NCBI GenBank assembly: GCA_963750165.1
Contig: CAVVPN010000001.1
Location: 64,001-128,000 of the forward strand
DNA length: 64,000 nt
Origin: an uncultured Gemmataceae bacterium
Lineage (GTDB): Bacteria; Planctomycetota; Planctomycetia; Gemmatales; Gemmataceae
Direction of reading: 5' to 3'
Positions 50,458 to 61,901 of the stretch are shown one piece after another (within the stretch, counting starts at the first letter, position 1; the number at the start of each line of letters is the position of its first letter). The notes beneath the pieces are model-generated. The model was not told where the DNA came from and searched no databases. It saw nothing but the letters and a program-made list of their open reading frames with translations. Both the position numbers and the translations under genes were made by a program.

Positions 50458-51113
50458 GTCGGCACCCGCCGCTGCAGCAGGTACGTCAGGCACAGCACGC
50501 CGTAGGCGAAGCCGACCAGCACCAGGGAGGTGCGACCGGCGGCGGCGTGGTCCTGCGCCTGCACGTCGTCGAAGATGCTGACTGAGAGCGTGCGCGTCAC
50601 GCCGTCGATCTTGCCGCCGAGCATGAGCACAACGCCGAACTCACCGACGGTGTGGGCGAAGGTGAGCACCACGCCGCCGAGCACGCCCGGCCAGGCCAGG
50701 GGCACGACGACGCGGCGGAACGTCGCCAGGCGCGAGACGCCCAGGCACCAGGAGGCCTCGACCAGTCGGCGGTCCACGGCGGCGAAGGCGGCGGCGAACG
50801 GCCGTACCGCGAACGGCACGTTGAACAGCACGGAGCCGACCAGGATGCCGGCGAAGGTGAACGGCAGTCGCGAGCCGGTCACGGCCTCGAACGCCGGCCC
50901 CAGTGGACCGTTCGGCCCCAGCACCAGCAGCAGGTAAAAGCCGAGCACCGTCGGCGGCAGCACCAGTGGCAGCGCCACGACGGCTTCCACCAGGAACTTG
51001 CCGCGCCAGCGCGTGACCGCCAGCCAGTACGCCAGCGGCAGGCCGAGCACCAGCAGCACAGCCGTCGTGGCCATGGCCAACCGCAGCGTCACCGCGACCG
51101 CCGCCCAGTCCAT
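50454..51113 (-). CDS. modB: molybdate ABC transporter permease
   Basis: LPLVLPPTVLGFYLL, FAHTVGEFG. Confidence 0.94.
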   Translation of the reverse strand: MDWAAVAVTLRLAMATTAVLLVLGLPLAYWLAVTRWRGKFLVEAVVALPLVLPPTVLGFYLLLVLGPNGPLGPAFEAVTGSRLPFTFAGILVGSVLFNVPFAVRPFAAAFAAVDRRLVEASWCLGVSRLATFRRVVVPLAWPGVLGGVVLTFAHTVGEFGVVLMLGGKIDGVTRTLSVSIFDDVQAQDHAAAGRTSLVLVGFAYGVLCLTYLLQRRVPT

Positions 51114-51116
51114 GCG

Positions 51117-51917
51117 TCAGTCCCCCGGCACGGTGAAGCCGAAGCGCTTGAGGGCCGCCCGGCCCCGTTCGCCGCGCACGAAGTCGCATAGCGTCTGGGC
51201 GGCGGCACGGTCCTGCGCCGCGGACAGGATGACCGCGGCCTGCTCCAGCGGCGGATGGGCGTCGTCGGGCACGCGCCAGAAGCGGCCCTTGTCCTTCATC
51301 GGCGGCGCCAGGACCAGCGACAGGCTGAGCACGCCCGCGTCAGCGGCGCCGCTCTCGACCATCTGCGCCGCCTGCGCGATGTTGTCGCCGAGCACGAGAC
51401 GGTCGCGGACCTGATCGTAAACGCCGAGCTTTTTCAGGGCGGCGTCGGCGGCGCGGCCGTAGGGGGCGAAGCGCGGGTCGGCGATGGCGAGTTTCTTCAC
51501 GGCGGCGTCGGTCAGCGCCACGGCTCCGCGCTCCACGTCCAGCGGTGACGACTTCGGCACCCAGACGGCCAGGTGGCCGACGGCGTAGACGAACTCGGAG
51601 TCGCGCACGGCCAGGCCCTGCTCGACAAGCTTGCGCGGATAGTCGCGGTCGGCGGAGAAGAACACGTCAAACGGGGCGCCGTTCGACAGCTGGGCGAAGA
51701 AGTTGCCGGACGAGCCGGAGGTGACTTTGAGGTCGATGTCGGGGTGCTGTTTGTGGAAGTCGGCGGCGAGGTCGGCGAAGGCGAACTGCAGGTCCGCGGC
51801 GGCGGCGACCTTGACCACACGTTTGCTGGAATCCGGCGCTGGGCCGCCGCAGCCAAGCGCCAGGATCGTCAGGGCGGCGACCGTCAGCCAACCGCGATTC
51901 CGCCCAGTGTGTTGCAT
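51117..51917 (-). CDS. modA: molybdate ABC transporter substrate-binding lipoprotein
   Basis: lipobox-like ALGC, AAAADL, GSSG, GAPFDVFFSAD, APYGRAA. Confidence 0.94.
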   Translation of the reverse strand: MQHTGRNRGWLTVAALTILALGCGGPAPDSSKRVVKVAAAADLQFAFADLAADFHKQHPDIDLKVTSGSSGNFFAQLSNGAPFDVFFSADRDYPRKLVEQGLAVRDSEFVYAVGHLAVWVPKSSPLDVERGAVALTDAAVKKLAIADPRFAPYGRAADAALKKLGVYDQVRDRLVLGDNIAQAAQMVESGAADAGVLSLSLVLAPPMKDKGRFWRVPDDAHPPLEQAAVILSAAQDRAAAQTLCDFVRGERGRAALKRFGFTVPGD

Positions 51918-52298
51918 GACCGCCCGCCTCGCCGAGGGGAGTGGAAACGACACGGTCTTCATGTATGGTTTCGCGCGGGTAGCGTCCGCGCGAAACCATA
52001 CATCCGGAGCGACCTGAGTAGTGGTGTCCCAGCGCATCGCCTGTGAGGGGAAGCATCTGCGCCAGGCAGAGCACAAAAAAGCTAGCGGAATCAGGACAAA
52101 TACCTGTCAATGGCGGTTTACAAAGCCTGCCCCACGAAAGAGGGCCCCGACCGCAGCAGGAAACCGCGAACGGCCCTGGCGCCGCGGCCATTTGCTCTGG
52201 CTACCCCGCGGCGGTTCGTGGTATAGCCCGCCGGCAATCCGGGGGCCGGCCCGTTCGGCCGCGCCGCCCGGCTTCGACCCCAAGGGCAGGAGGCAGAC

Positions 52299-52646
52299 AT
52301 GCGCAACCTGTTAGCATTGCTGGGCGCGGTGGTGGTGGCGTTCGCGATCGCCGGCTACTTCCTCGACTGGTACAACATCCGCACGACCATCGACGGAGAA
52401 GGCCACCGTCATCAGGTCATTGACATCGACCCTCCCAAGGTCGCCCACGACCTGCCGGTCCTCGCCAAGGAAGGCAAGGAGGTCGTTAACCATCTGGTGG
52501 AGAAGAACGGCCAGCCCGGTCAGGCTCCGGCCCCAACGCCGCAGACCAGCCCGACGCCGTCGGCGCCGAACGCGGTCGTCGTCAAGCCCTCGGACCTCCT
52601 GAAGCAATCGGACCTGACGACGACCGTGAACGGGAACCTGCCCTGA
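52299..52646 (+). CDS. small membrane-anchored hypothetical protein
   Basis: GGAGG RBS, N-terminal TM MRNLLALLGAVVVAFAIAGYFLDWY. Confidence 0.75.
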   Translation: MRNLLALLGAVVVAFAIAGYFLDWYNIRTTIDGEGHRHQVIDIDPPKVAHDLPVLAKEGKEVVNHLVEKNGQPGQAPAPTPQTSPTPSAPNAVVVKPSDLLKQSDLTTTVNGNLP

Positions 52647-52750
52647 AGCGGGCCTTCCTCCGGGCCGGGAAATAAATTGACCGCGGCGGCGCGGCGTCCG
52701 TATCATGCGCTGTGTAAGTGCCGCCGACGGTCCCCCTGGAGGTTCTAACG

Positions 52751-53889
52751 ATGCATCGCACCGGGTTCGCGCTGGCAATCGTGATGACGTTTTTGATCCT
52801 GGCGCCGGCCGTGCGCGGCCAGGGTGAGGCCGAGAAGGAAGCCCTGTTGTGGCGCGGCGCATGCTCAACCACAAGAATTACAAGGTGCGCATCGTCTCCC
52901 TGAGCAAGCTGGAGCCGTTCGCGCGGCTGCCCGGAGTGCTGGAGGATGTCGTCAAGATTCTGAAGCGGCACAAGGACGAGCAGTTGAAGGACAGCGAGCT
53001 GGCGGAGGTGCGCACCGCGGCGGCCCTGTGGATCGGCGCCGCCATCAAGGAGGGCGACGAGGCCAAACGCGGCATCCCGGCGCTGAAGTTCGCGTTGAGC
53101 AAGGATCCCAGTGCGGACGTGCAGGCGGCCGCCGCCCGGGCGCTGGGCGCCTTCGGGCCGGACGCGGAGACGGCAGTGGACGAGTTGAAGGCGGCCCTGC
53201 TGAGCAAGCACCAGGGCCTGCGCACCGCCGCGGCCGAGACGCTCAAGGAACTCAAGGACCGGGCCGAGTCCGCGCTGCCGGAAGTCCTGGCCGCGCTGCA
53301 GAAGTACAAGGGCAAGAACGCCGAGCCACTGGACCGTATTTACATGGTGCAGATCGCGGCACGCATCCCCGACAAGGCAATCGCCACAGTGCCGGTGCTG
53401 TCCGAGATCGTCGCCGACACCAACGACGAGCCGAAGGTGCGCAAGGCCGCGGCGGAGGGGTTGGGCCGCCTGGGCGCCGCCGCCGGCAGCGCCAGCGCCA
53501 ACCTGGAGAAAGTGTTCCGCGACAAAAAGGCGAGCGTGCCGCTGCGGCGGGCGGCGCTGCAGGCGTTCCACGCCGTCGGGGCTGGCACCAAAACGGCGTG
53601 GCCGGTGCTGAAGGAAATGCTGCAGGAGCCTGATGCGTCACTGCGCCTGAACGCGGTGCGGGTAGCTGGTCCCCTCGGCAAGGACGTGCCGGCGGTGGTT
53701 GCGGAGTTGACGACCCTGTGCGTCAAGGACGCAGACGTGGAAGTGCGCGTGGCGGCGGTGCAGGAACTGGGTCGGTTGGGGTCGGTCGCCAGCGAGGCGG
53801 TGCCGGTGCTCAAGCGCCTCAGCAGCGAGGGCCGGCCGGCCGTGCGCGAGGCGGCGAAGGAGGCGCTGAAGCAAATTCAGGCGCCGTAG
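52751..53889 (+). CDS. secreted HEAT-repeat protein (apparent frameshift ~52852)
   Basis: signal peptide frame joins the HEAT frame at LLW/ARRM. Confidence 0.78.
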
Positions 53890-54026
53890 TTTCGCGAGGC
53901 GGCGCCTGCACGGTTGACCGCCGCGCCGGGCAGCGCAAAATATTGCTTCGCGGAAGCGTTTGGGCGAGAAACGCCTCCGCGAAGTCTCGATTTGCTTGCA
54001 GGGCGGACTGGGCCGCCCGAAGGGTG

Positions 54027-56542
54027 TTAGCGGGTTCTGGCCTTGTCCAGCGCCTTCTTGATGGCGGCCGGCCGCAGCGCGTTGTAGCCGAGCATCTTCG
54101 TATTGCTGTAATAGGTCAAGGCGGTGGTCAGCGCCGGCATGCTTTCCTGGGTGCCGATCACTTCCAGCACCCGGGAAATTTCATAGACGGCCAGTTTGTT
54201 CGCCGGGTTGACCAGCGCCAGACACATCATGTGTTCGGCCTTCTTACCGCCCATTTTGATGAGCGCGTCCCCGCCCTGCTTGCGCTCCTTCGCGTTCCGG
54301 GTGCCCACCATCCAGGTGGCGATCACCTCCACCGCCTTGTCATCCCTGGAATCCACCAACGCCGCCAGCGCCGCGGTCTTCGTGACCGCGTCCGAGGTTG
54401 GCGTGAGCAGCTCCCGGATGGACTTGTCCAGGTTGGCGGTCACTGGCTTTGTGTTCATGTCGTTGGGGTTGGTCTTGATGGGGTCGTTGGCCGGCGGGTT
54501 GTTCTTGACCATGGCCGCGGGCCCCCACCGGTTCAGCACCGTCTGCGCGTTGCCCTTGGATTGAAAGTCCGCCATCATGTTCTGGGCGGCGAAGACCACT
54601 TCCCTGGCCGATTCGGGCACCACCGGGGCGTTGCGGAGATAGCCCAGCGCCTCGCGGCGACGCTGGATGTCGGGGGAGTTCAGGTCGAGCACGCACTGCT
54701 TGACGACGTCCTCATGCTTGATGTTCCAGGCCCGGATGATGTCCCGGGCACTGTTGCGCGTCCAGATGCTGTTGTGATTGAACAGCAGCAGCACGAGCTT
54801 GTCCGCCCCGTTCTTGGGGCCCATCGCCTTGAGCCCCGCCACGGCCCGGTCGCGGGTGCCGAAGTCCTGGCTTTGCAGATCGGCGATGTGCGTCTGGAGC
54901 AGGGCGCCGACGTTGTTCTTGTTGGCCCAGCGGCTCATCACGGCCACCGCCTTGATGCGGGTCTGCCCATCCGAGTTCGTTCGCAGCGGCTGCACGGCCT
55001 CGGACACAGTGCCGGTCAGCTCGGGCACCACCTGCGCCACCTCCAGGTAATTCAGCGCCTCCCGGCGCCGCTGCACCTCGGTCGCGGTCAGATCCTCCAC
55101 GCACTGCTTGATGATGTCCTCGGCCGGCAACTTCCACACCTGCTGGACGAGCATGCGGGCCTGCGCCTGGACCGAACCGTCGCCGAAGTGGTCCTGGTTG
55201 TTGAACTGGGCCAGCACGGCCTTGCCCGCCACCTTGGGGCCCATCGCCCGCAGGATGGCCACACAATTCTCGCGCTCCTGGAAATGGCAGCGGTTCAGGT
55301 ATTTGGCCAGCGCGTTGGCGCTGCGCTCGTCCTTGTACTTGCTGAGGATGCGCACCGCCTCCTGGTAATTGCCACGGTTCTGGCTGAGCACATTGGCCAC
55401 GGCCGGCACGCAGTCGATGGTGCCCCAGCGCCCCAGGGCCGCCAGCGCCTGCTGCCGGGTACTGGCGTCCGTGTCGTCCACCAGCGGGACGAGCGCCTTG
55501 ACGACCTCGGCCTGGCGCTTTTCGATGACCGGTGTGCTGGCCAGGTAGCGGCCCACCTCGGCGCGGACGGCGCCCAGGGGGTTGGCCAACTCCGCCAGGC
55601 CGGTGGTCAGCAGCTCGTCTTCGGTCATGCCGTACGACTTGAGCAGCTTACGGGCCTCCGCCCGCACATCCACCCAGATGGTGCTCTTGAAGGCCAGCGG
55701 CGCGACCGCCTTCCTGGCCGCCGGGCCCATGGCCAGCAGGCCGGCGGCAGCGCCCTGCCGGAAGGTTGGGATGCCGTTTTTCTCCAGCTGGTCCACGAGC
55801 AGCGGAATGCTTTCCTCGTCCTTGAGCACGCCCAGCATTTTCAGGCAGAACGAACCGCGCGGGAACAACCGGGCGTTCGCCCGGAACGTGAACAACTGTT
55901 CCTTGGTGGCCCAGATCTCCAGGGCTGGGGCGACCTCCTCGTGCAGGGCCTTGCCGTTCGCGAAGTTATGCACGCCGTCGATCCGGTACAGGCGCTCGAG
56001 TTCACTGGCCACGTCCTTGCGCTTGGCGTGGTCGGCCTTGTCCTTGCGAGAGGCGAAATAGTTCACCGCGGGGCGATAAAAGCCCGGATCGCTGGATTTC
56101 AGGTCGGTGAGTTGACGCTCGAACTCGATCTCCTCCTCGGTGAGTTGCTTCTGCTCGCCCCCGGGACGGATCACCAGCAAGATGACCGCGACGGCGGCGC
56201 CGCCCAGCAACAGCAGACCGCCGCCGACCAGGCACAAAATCAGCACCAGCGGGCTTTTCTTTTCGCCGCCGCTGCCGCCGTTGGCGCGGGAGCGCGGGCC
56301 GGACGATACGAGCCGCTGTCGCCGGTCGGGCGCGGCCGGGCGGCGCCGGCCAGCACGCCGCTGCGCCGGGGTGGCGGTGCCTCGTCCGCGGGTTCGGCCT
56401 CGACCATTTGCGCTTCCACCGCCGGGGCGGGGGTGACGGTGAAGGCTTTTTGACAGCCCTTGCAGCGCACCTGTTTGCCGAGCATGTTGTCCGCCAGGCG
56501 GTAGGGCGCTGAGCAGTACGAGCAGATGGCGTCGATCGGCAT
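54027..56542 (-). CDS. MJ0042-type Zn-finger / TM / HEAT-repeat protein (apparent frameshift ~56300)
   Basis: MPIDAICSYC...VRCKGC in one frame; TM and HEAT repeats in another. Confidence 0.75.
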
Positions 56543-56868
56543 GGGAATCTCTTCCTTTTTCGGGAACCAGGGCGTACACCCTTCCCTGACGAATTAGACA
56601 CTGTGCGTAAACGGATGGACCGCGAGTTTAGTCAATTTAACAACACCCCGGTGGCGGATGCAACCGTAGTCGGCCGAAAGTGGGGAATGCCCAGGGGTGT
56701 ACCCCGGGTGAGGGCGAAGGTTGCGGCGGCTTTGCAGGTGTCGCGGTTCTTTCCTGTTCTTCGCCGCCGACCGGCAGTTATTTAGCACTGTCGGATAACA
56801 CTGGCCCCGTTTACGTTTCGCGCGGCTTGGCCCGCGCGAAACGTAAACGGGGCAGTATTTTCCGGCGA

Positions 56869-57120
56869 TCAGTCCTCGTCGCCGGCCTCCTCCTCGAAGA
56901 TTTCGATGGCTGGATGCTCCTCGTCCTCCTCGGCCGCGAAGACGCCCAGGCCGCCACCGACGGCGTTCAAATAGCCGAGCAGTTCCTCCAGTGTGTTCAG
57001 GTCGAGGAACCACACGTACTCGCCCGGCCAGGCGGCCGACTCCGGGCCGCGCACTGCCCCCTTGCAGGGCGGCTCCTTCGACACGGACCCCTGCGAGGAT
57101 CGGTACACCAGGAAGCGCAT
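56869..57120 (-). CDS. small acidic hypothetical protein
   Basis: 83-aa ORF directly after the carboxypeptidase, with RBS. Confidence 0.65.
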   Translation of the reverse strand: MRFLVYRSSQGSVSKEPPCKGAVRGPESAAWPGEYVWFLDLNTLEELLGYLNAVGGGLGVFAAEEDEEHPAIEIFEEEAGDED

Positions 57121-57142
57121 GGACTTCCCCCTTTCGTGCGGG

Positions 57143-58654
57143 TCAGAGTTGATACAGTTCGCCGTACTTGCGCCGCAGTGCCGCCACCAGCGGCCGGTGG
57201 TCGGGCGCGGCGTCCGTGGCCAGCGCGATCAGCCGCGGCGGGGCGTAACGGCCGCCCCGGTGGTGAACCTGGCGGCGCAGCCAGTCGAGCAGACCGCGGA
57301 AGTCGCCGCGCGCGAACGCCGGGCTCGGGTCGCCCAGATCGGCCCAGGCCCGGTCGAACAACTGGGCGGCGTAGACGTTGCCGAGCGTGTAGGTCGGGAA
57401 GTAGCCGACCATGCCCGCGGCCCAGTGGCCGTCCTGCAGACAGCCCTCCGCAGCGGTGGCCGGCGTGACGCCGAGGTGGTGGCGGTACGCGGCGTCCCAC
57501 GCGGCGGGCACGTCCTCCGGCGCCAGATCGCCGGCCAGCAATGCCCGCTCCAGCTCGAAGCGAATCAGGATGTGCAGGTTGTACGTCACCTCGTCGGCGG
57601 TCACGCGGATGAGGGTCGCCTCCACCTGGTTGACCGCGAAAAAAAAGTCCGTACCGCGGACGTCGGCGAGCGCCGCGGGGAACAGGCCGCGGACGATGGG
57701 GAAGAAGTAATCCCAGAAGGGCCGGCCGCGGCCGACGAGGTTTTCCCAGAGCCGGGCCTGCGACTCGTGGACCGCGAGCGACGCCGCCTCGCCGAGCGGT
57801 GTGCCGTGGTGGGCCGGGTCCAGCCCCTGTTCGTACAGCCCGTGGCCGGCCTCGTGCAGCGCGGCGAAGAAACTGTCGCTCAGGCGGCGCGGGTGGTAAC
57901 GCACCGTCAGGCGACAGTCGCCGGGACCGATGGCGGCCGAGAACGGGTGCGTCGCGGTGTCAAGCCGGCCCGCCTGGAAGTCGAAGCCGATGGCCGCCGC
58001 CGCCAGTTCCGCGAGGACGCGCTGCCGGTCGAGCGGATAGTCGCGGTGCAGGACGCTCACGTCGGGCCGGTGCGCCGCGTGCGTCAGCGCGGTGGCCAGC
58101 GGCACCAGTTCGTCGCGCAGCGCGGCGAACAGGTCCGCCAGCGCGGCGGTGCGGGCGCCGGGTTCGTAGTCTTCCAGCAGCGCGTCGTAGGGGTGGTCGT
58201 CGTAGCCGAGGCAGTCGGCCTCGCGGCGCTTCAGGGCGATGATCTTGAGTAGCCAGGGCCGAAAGCGGGCGAAGTCCGCGGCTCGCCGGGCATCGGCCCA
58301 TTCCGGTTGCGCGAAGGAGACGACGCGCGTCTCTTCCTCGATCAGCGCCCGCGGCAGCCGGATGGAGCGGTCGAAGACGCGGCGGAATTCGCGGACGTTG
58401 ACCGCCGCGTCGGAATCGGGGTCCGCGACCAGGGGCGAGCCCTCCACCGCGGCGAGCAATTCGCCGACGCGCGGATCGGTGGCGCGGTCGTGCAGCAGAC
58501 ACGCCAGCAGGGCCTGCTGGTTGGCGCGATGACTGACACCGCCGCGCGGCAGGTACGTCTCCTCATCCCAGCCCAGCAGCTCGGCGCACGAGGCCAGCAG
58601 CGTTTCCTCGCGGGAGCGGCGCAGCAGTTCGTCGTAGGCGGCCTGGGCTCGCAT
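57143..58654 (-). CDS. carboxypeptidase Taq (M32) family
   Basis: HPF, HEAGH, HESQ, IRVTADE, GCLQDGHW, GYFPTY. Confidence 0.95.
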   Translation of the reverse strand: MRAQAAYDELLRRSREETLLASCAELLGWDEETYLPRGGVSHRANQQALLACLLHDRATDPRVGELLAAVEGSPLVADPDSDAAVNVREFRRVFDRSIRLPRALIEEETRVVSFAQPEWADARRAADFARFRPWLLKIIALKRREADCLGYDDHPYDALLEDYEPGARTAALADLFAALRDELVPLATALTHAAHRPDVSVLHRDYPLDRQRVLAELAAAAIGFDFQAGRLDTATHPFSAAIGPGDCRLTVRYHPRRLSDSFFAALHEAGHGLYEQGLDPAHHGTPLGEAASLAVHESQARLWENLVGRGRPFWDYFFPIVRGLFPAALADVRGTDFFFAVNQVEATLIRVTADEVTYNLHILIRFELERALLAGDLAPEDVPAAWDAAYRHHLGVTPATAAEGCLQDGHWAAGMVGYFPTYTLGNVYAAQLFDRAWADLGDPSPAFARGDFRGLLDWLRRQVHHRGGRYAPPRLIALATDAAPDHRPLVAALRRKYGELYQL

Positions 58655-58832
58655 TGGACCTGGCGTCTCCGGGGGCTGCGGGAAAGGATGGCGTGTGGCC
58701 ATCCGTGGGGGTATTGTAACAAACGCGACGTTTTCTTCCGTGAGGCAGACATTCCTGTCTGCCGACCTTTGAAGATGGCAGACAGGAATGTCTGCCCCAC
58801 GGAAGAAGGATCCCCGGGGAGCACCTGTCTTC

Positions 58833-60305
58833 ATGTTGACCCCCGCCGAAGAAGTCGGTCTGGGCGGCCTGGCCCTGGCCAGCCGCGTCCGTCGGGCGTT
58901 CTACAAGATCCCCGAGGCCGACCTCGTGACGCTGATGCGCCGTATCCGCGACGAGTCGTTCGCGCGCCACCTCGTCTACCTGCGCGACGGCCAGCCGGAC
59001 GCGGTCCACGTCATGCCCTGCCCGCTCACCGTCCTGCCGGATCAGCTGGCGTACATCCATGTCGTGACGCTGACACTGCAGAACGCCCTGAAGCGGCTGC
59101 CGGAGCTGTACCTGCAAGACCCCGAAGTGCGCGCGGTGCTGCGGCTGACGGCGGGCGAGGAAGAGTGGCTGACGGACTGCTGGGGGCCGGGCCATCGTGA
59201 CAGCAACCCGATCTTCGGCCGCTATGATGCCGTGGTCGATTTCCTGAGCCCAATGTGGAAGGATTCGCTGCGCTTCCTGGAGCCGAACCTGAGCGGCATC
59301 GGCGGCCTGCACCTGATGCCGACCGCCGAGCGCATCCTGGCCGACCTGGTGCTGCCGGTGCTGCACGGTCACGACCCGCAGCTGCACCTGGAGGTCGGCC
59401 GGGACATCCGCGGCTTGCTCATCCAGGAAGTCCTCGACCATCTGGACGCGCTCGGCCGCAAGGCGCGAAACGTTTGCTTCGTCGAGCCGAAGTACGCCGG
59501 CAGCGGTCCCGATGAGCAGGCGGCCCTGGCGACGTATTTCCACGAGCGCTTCGGCCTGAAAATCCTGCATGCGGACCCCGCCGAGCTGACGCTGCGCAAC
59601 GGCGAGGTGTTCTACGGCGACAACCCGGTGGACCTGGCCTACCGCGATTACGCCGTCAGCGACCTGATCGACCTGGGCCTGGAGGGCAAGAACGTCGAGC
59701 CAATGCGGGCGCTGTTTCGCCAGAACCGCGTGGTGTCTTCCATCGGGGCGGAGATCGACCAGAAGAGTTGCTTCGAGGTGCTGACCGATCCGCGCTTCAC
59801 GCAGCAGTATTTCAGCGCCGACGAGCGCCAGTTGTTCCGCCGGCATGTGTTGTGGACGCGGCTGCTGGCGGATCGGCAGACGCTGCTGCCGGTGGGCGGT
59901 TCGGGTTCGCTGCTGGAGTACGCGCGGCACGGACGGGAGGAACTGGTGTTGAAGCCAAACCGGGCGTTCGGCGGCGAGGGCGTCGTGGTCGGGCCGGGCG
60001 TGACGCAGACGGAGTGGGAGGCGGCCCTGGAAAAAGCGCTGGCCGATCGGGAACGGTGGGTGGTACAGCAGGTGGCGAGCCTGCCCGTGAGCGAGTTCCC
60101 GGTGCTCGGGCCGGACGGGGCGGTGCATGGCGAACCGTTCTACACGGTGATGGGCTTCGCCGCGACGCGGGACGGGCTGGCGATCCTGGGAAGGGCGTCG
60201 CAGAAGCAGGTGGTGAACGTGGCGCAGCGCGGCGGCGTGTGCGCGGTGATGCCGGGGCGACCGCCGCCGCGGTTGACCGGGCCGACGGAGTTTCCGCGAC
60301 CATGA
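58833..60305 (+). CDS. circularly permuted ATP-grasp (peptide ligase-like) protein
   Basis: GRYDA, FLEPN, LVLKPNRAFGGEGVVVG, WVVQQ, VNVAQRGG. Confidence 0.82.
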   Translation: MLTPAEEVGLGGLALASRVRRAFYKIPEADLVTLMRRIRDESFARHLVYLRDGQPDAVHVMPCPLTVLPDQLAYIHVVTLTLQNALKRLPELYLQDPEVRAVLRLTAGEEEWLTDCWGPGHRDSNPIFGRYDAVVDFLSPMWKDSLRFLEPNLSGIGGLHLMPTAERILADLVLPVLHGHDPQLHLEVGRDIRGLLIQEVLDHLDALGRKARNVCFVEPKYAGSGPDEQAALATYFHERFGLKILHADPAELTLRNGEVFYGDNPVDLAYRDYAVSDLIDLGLEGKNVEPMRALFRQNRVVSSIGAEIDQKSCFEVLTDPRFTQQYFSADERQLFRRHVLWTRLLADRQTLLPVGGSGSLLEYARHGREELVLKPNRAFGGEGVVVGPGVTQTEWEAALEKALADRERWVVQQVASLPVSEFPVLGPDGAVHGEPFYTVMGFAATRDGLAILGRASQKQVVNVAQRGGVCAVMPGRPPPRLTGPTEFPRP

Positions 60306-60335
60306 AACCGGGCCGGAGTGGCAACGAGCGGCGGC

Positions 60336-60809
60336 TCAGCGCGCCCAGTTATCGAATGCGCCCCCCGGGATGACCCCGGTGAGGCGTTGAAACACGAGCA
60401 GAGCCTGTTGATCGGTCATGCCGGCGATGGCGTCCGCCGCCAGGCGGGCGACCACGGAACCGGGCAGGTCGGTCTTCCCGAGTTGTTGCGAAGTCCAGCG
60501 GCGCGCAATGCGTTCCAGGGGGATCAAACCGGCCCGGAAGAAGTCCTCACTGTCGCTCACGGAGGAGGCGATGTCGTCGGCCCAGTCCATCACCTGGGCC
60601 TCCAGGCTCTGCCAGCGCTCCCGCGCCGGCGGCTGCCGTTCCCGTGCGAACGTCAGATATTCTTTCTCGGACGTGTAAGCGCCCCATTTGCGCTCGGCCT
60701 GGCGCGGGGGCGTTTTCTTGCCGCCCGCTGAGGCGGCGTCTTTCTCTTTCACCTTCCGAGGTGCATGAGATGGGCGACTGCCCTGACCGCGTTTATTCAT
60801 TTTTATCAC
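60336..60809 (-). CDS. hypothetical protein
   Basis: 157-aa ORF convergent with the ATP-grasp gene; no motif recognised. Confidence 0.5.
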   Translation of the reverse strand: MIKMNKRGQGSRPSHAPRKVKEKDAASAGGKKTPPRQAERKWGAYTSEKEYLTFARERQPPARERWQSLEAQVMDWADDIASSVSDSEDFFRAGLIPLERIARRWTSQQLGKTDLPGSVVARLAADAIAGMTDQQALLVFQRLTGVIPGGAFDNWAR

Positions 60810-60954
60810 GGAGCGCCGGAAAGGCCAGAGGGATACCTGGACGCGCGGCCCAGGGACGGACGTCGCCGCCTTCTACACGGCGGACGCCGCCGGTCCTATG
60901 ACAGCAGCACCCGGTTGTGCGCAGTCGCCCGCCCCTCCCAGGAAAGGAGCGTCC

Positions 60955-61901
60955 ATGTCCCGGCACCGCAGCGACCCCGGCCACGGTTCCGGCCCGGCAC
61001 GCTACCCCGGTAGTTTCCTGCTGACGCTGCGGGCCACGCTCGCGGAGTTGAACTGGCGCGCCGAACGCTGGCTCGGCTCGGCCGTCATCTGCACCGACGA
61101 TCAGGGCCGCGAACAGGTTGTCGGCCTGGAGAACCTTTACCGGCGGGCGCGCCAGGCCGAGCGCGCCGACTGGCCGGACCTGATCCGCTCATTCCTGACC
61201 AACGTCACGGCCGAGCAGCTCAACGACCCGCCCACGGACCTGGCCGCGGTCGCCGACCGGCTGCTGCCGCGCGTCGGCTCGCCGATGCCGCGCATCGACG
61301 AGAGCGTCGCCGTCTGGCGCAGCCGCTCGAGGGCACACCGCTGTGCCTCAGCCTGGTAATCGACTACCCGCAGAACATGTTCTACGTCACCGAGGAGCTG
61401 GTGCGCGGCTCCGGTCAGGAGGGGACGGCCTGGTTCGAGCGGGCGCTGCTCAACCTGCGCGCCCAGACGCCGCCCGAGTGTCTGGCAGTGGTCCACGAGG
61501 AGAGCGGCCTGCGCCAGTGTGCCGTCGGCGACGCCTATGACGCGGCGCGGGCGTTGCTGCTCGACGCGACACTGCCGGAGGCCGCCGCGGATGGCTTCTT
61601 CGTGGCGGTGCCGGGCCGCGACGAATTGCTGGTGCTGCCGGTGACGCGCAAGGCGCTGGGCTTTCTGCCGCTGCTCAAGATGATCGCCGAGAAGGACCAC
61701 AAGAAGGCCCCGTACGCGATCAGCGATGAAATCTTCTGGATTCAGAACGGCCGCTGGCACGTCTTCGGTGTCGAGCTGGGCGGCGAGCGCGTGCAGGTGC
61801 GACCGCCGCAGGAGTTCGTGCCGGTCTTCGAGCGCCTGGCCCCGGACGCCGAGGAGGAACCGCCCGAGGACGATGTGGAAGAAAAGGGCGCGTTCGAGTA
61901 G
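60955..61901 (+). CDS. DUF1444-like hypothetical protein (apparent frameshift ~61317)
   Basis: AGGAG RBS; LENLY, LLPR, VIDYP, ALLNL, VAVPGRDEL; frames join at AVW/AQPLEG. Confidence 0.7.

Noticed and set aside
51920..52130. Moco riboswitch upstream of modA
   Set aside because: Hairpins are present, but I could not find the conserved Moco motif elements. The strongest hairpin (51961-52003) belongs to a repeated palindrome family.
56600..56860. Riboswitch or ncRNA in this intergenic region
   Set aside because: No recognisable consensus; only a palindrome of a repeated family at 56809-56848.
17891..61901. Frameshifts in 17891 gene, xylA, fabF, 52751, 54027-56542 and 60955 genes as programmed frameshifting or genuine pseudogenes
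   Set aside because: Where I could localise them they are 1-2 nt indels in short G/C runs or GC dinucleotides with no slippery heptamer. They include the normally essential fabF, so long-read assembly error is more likely.
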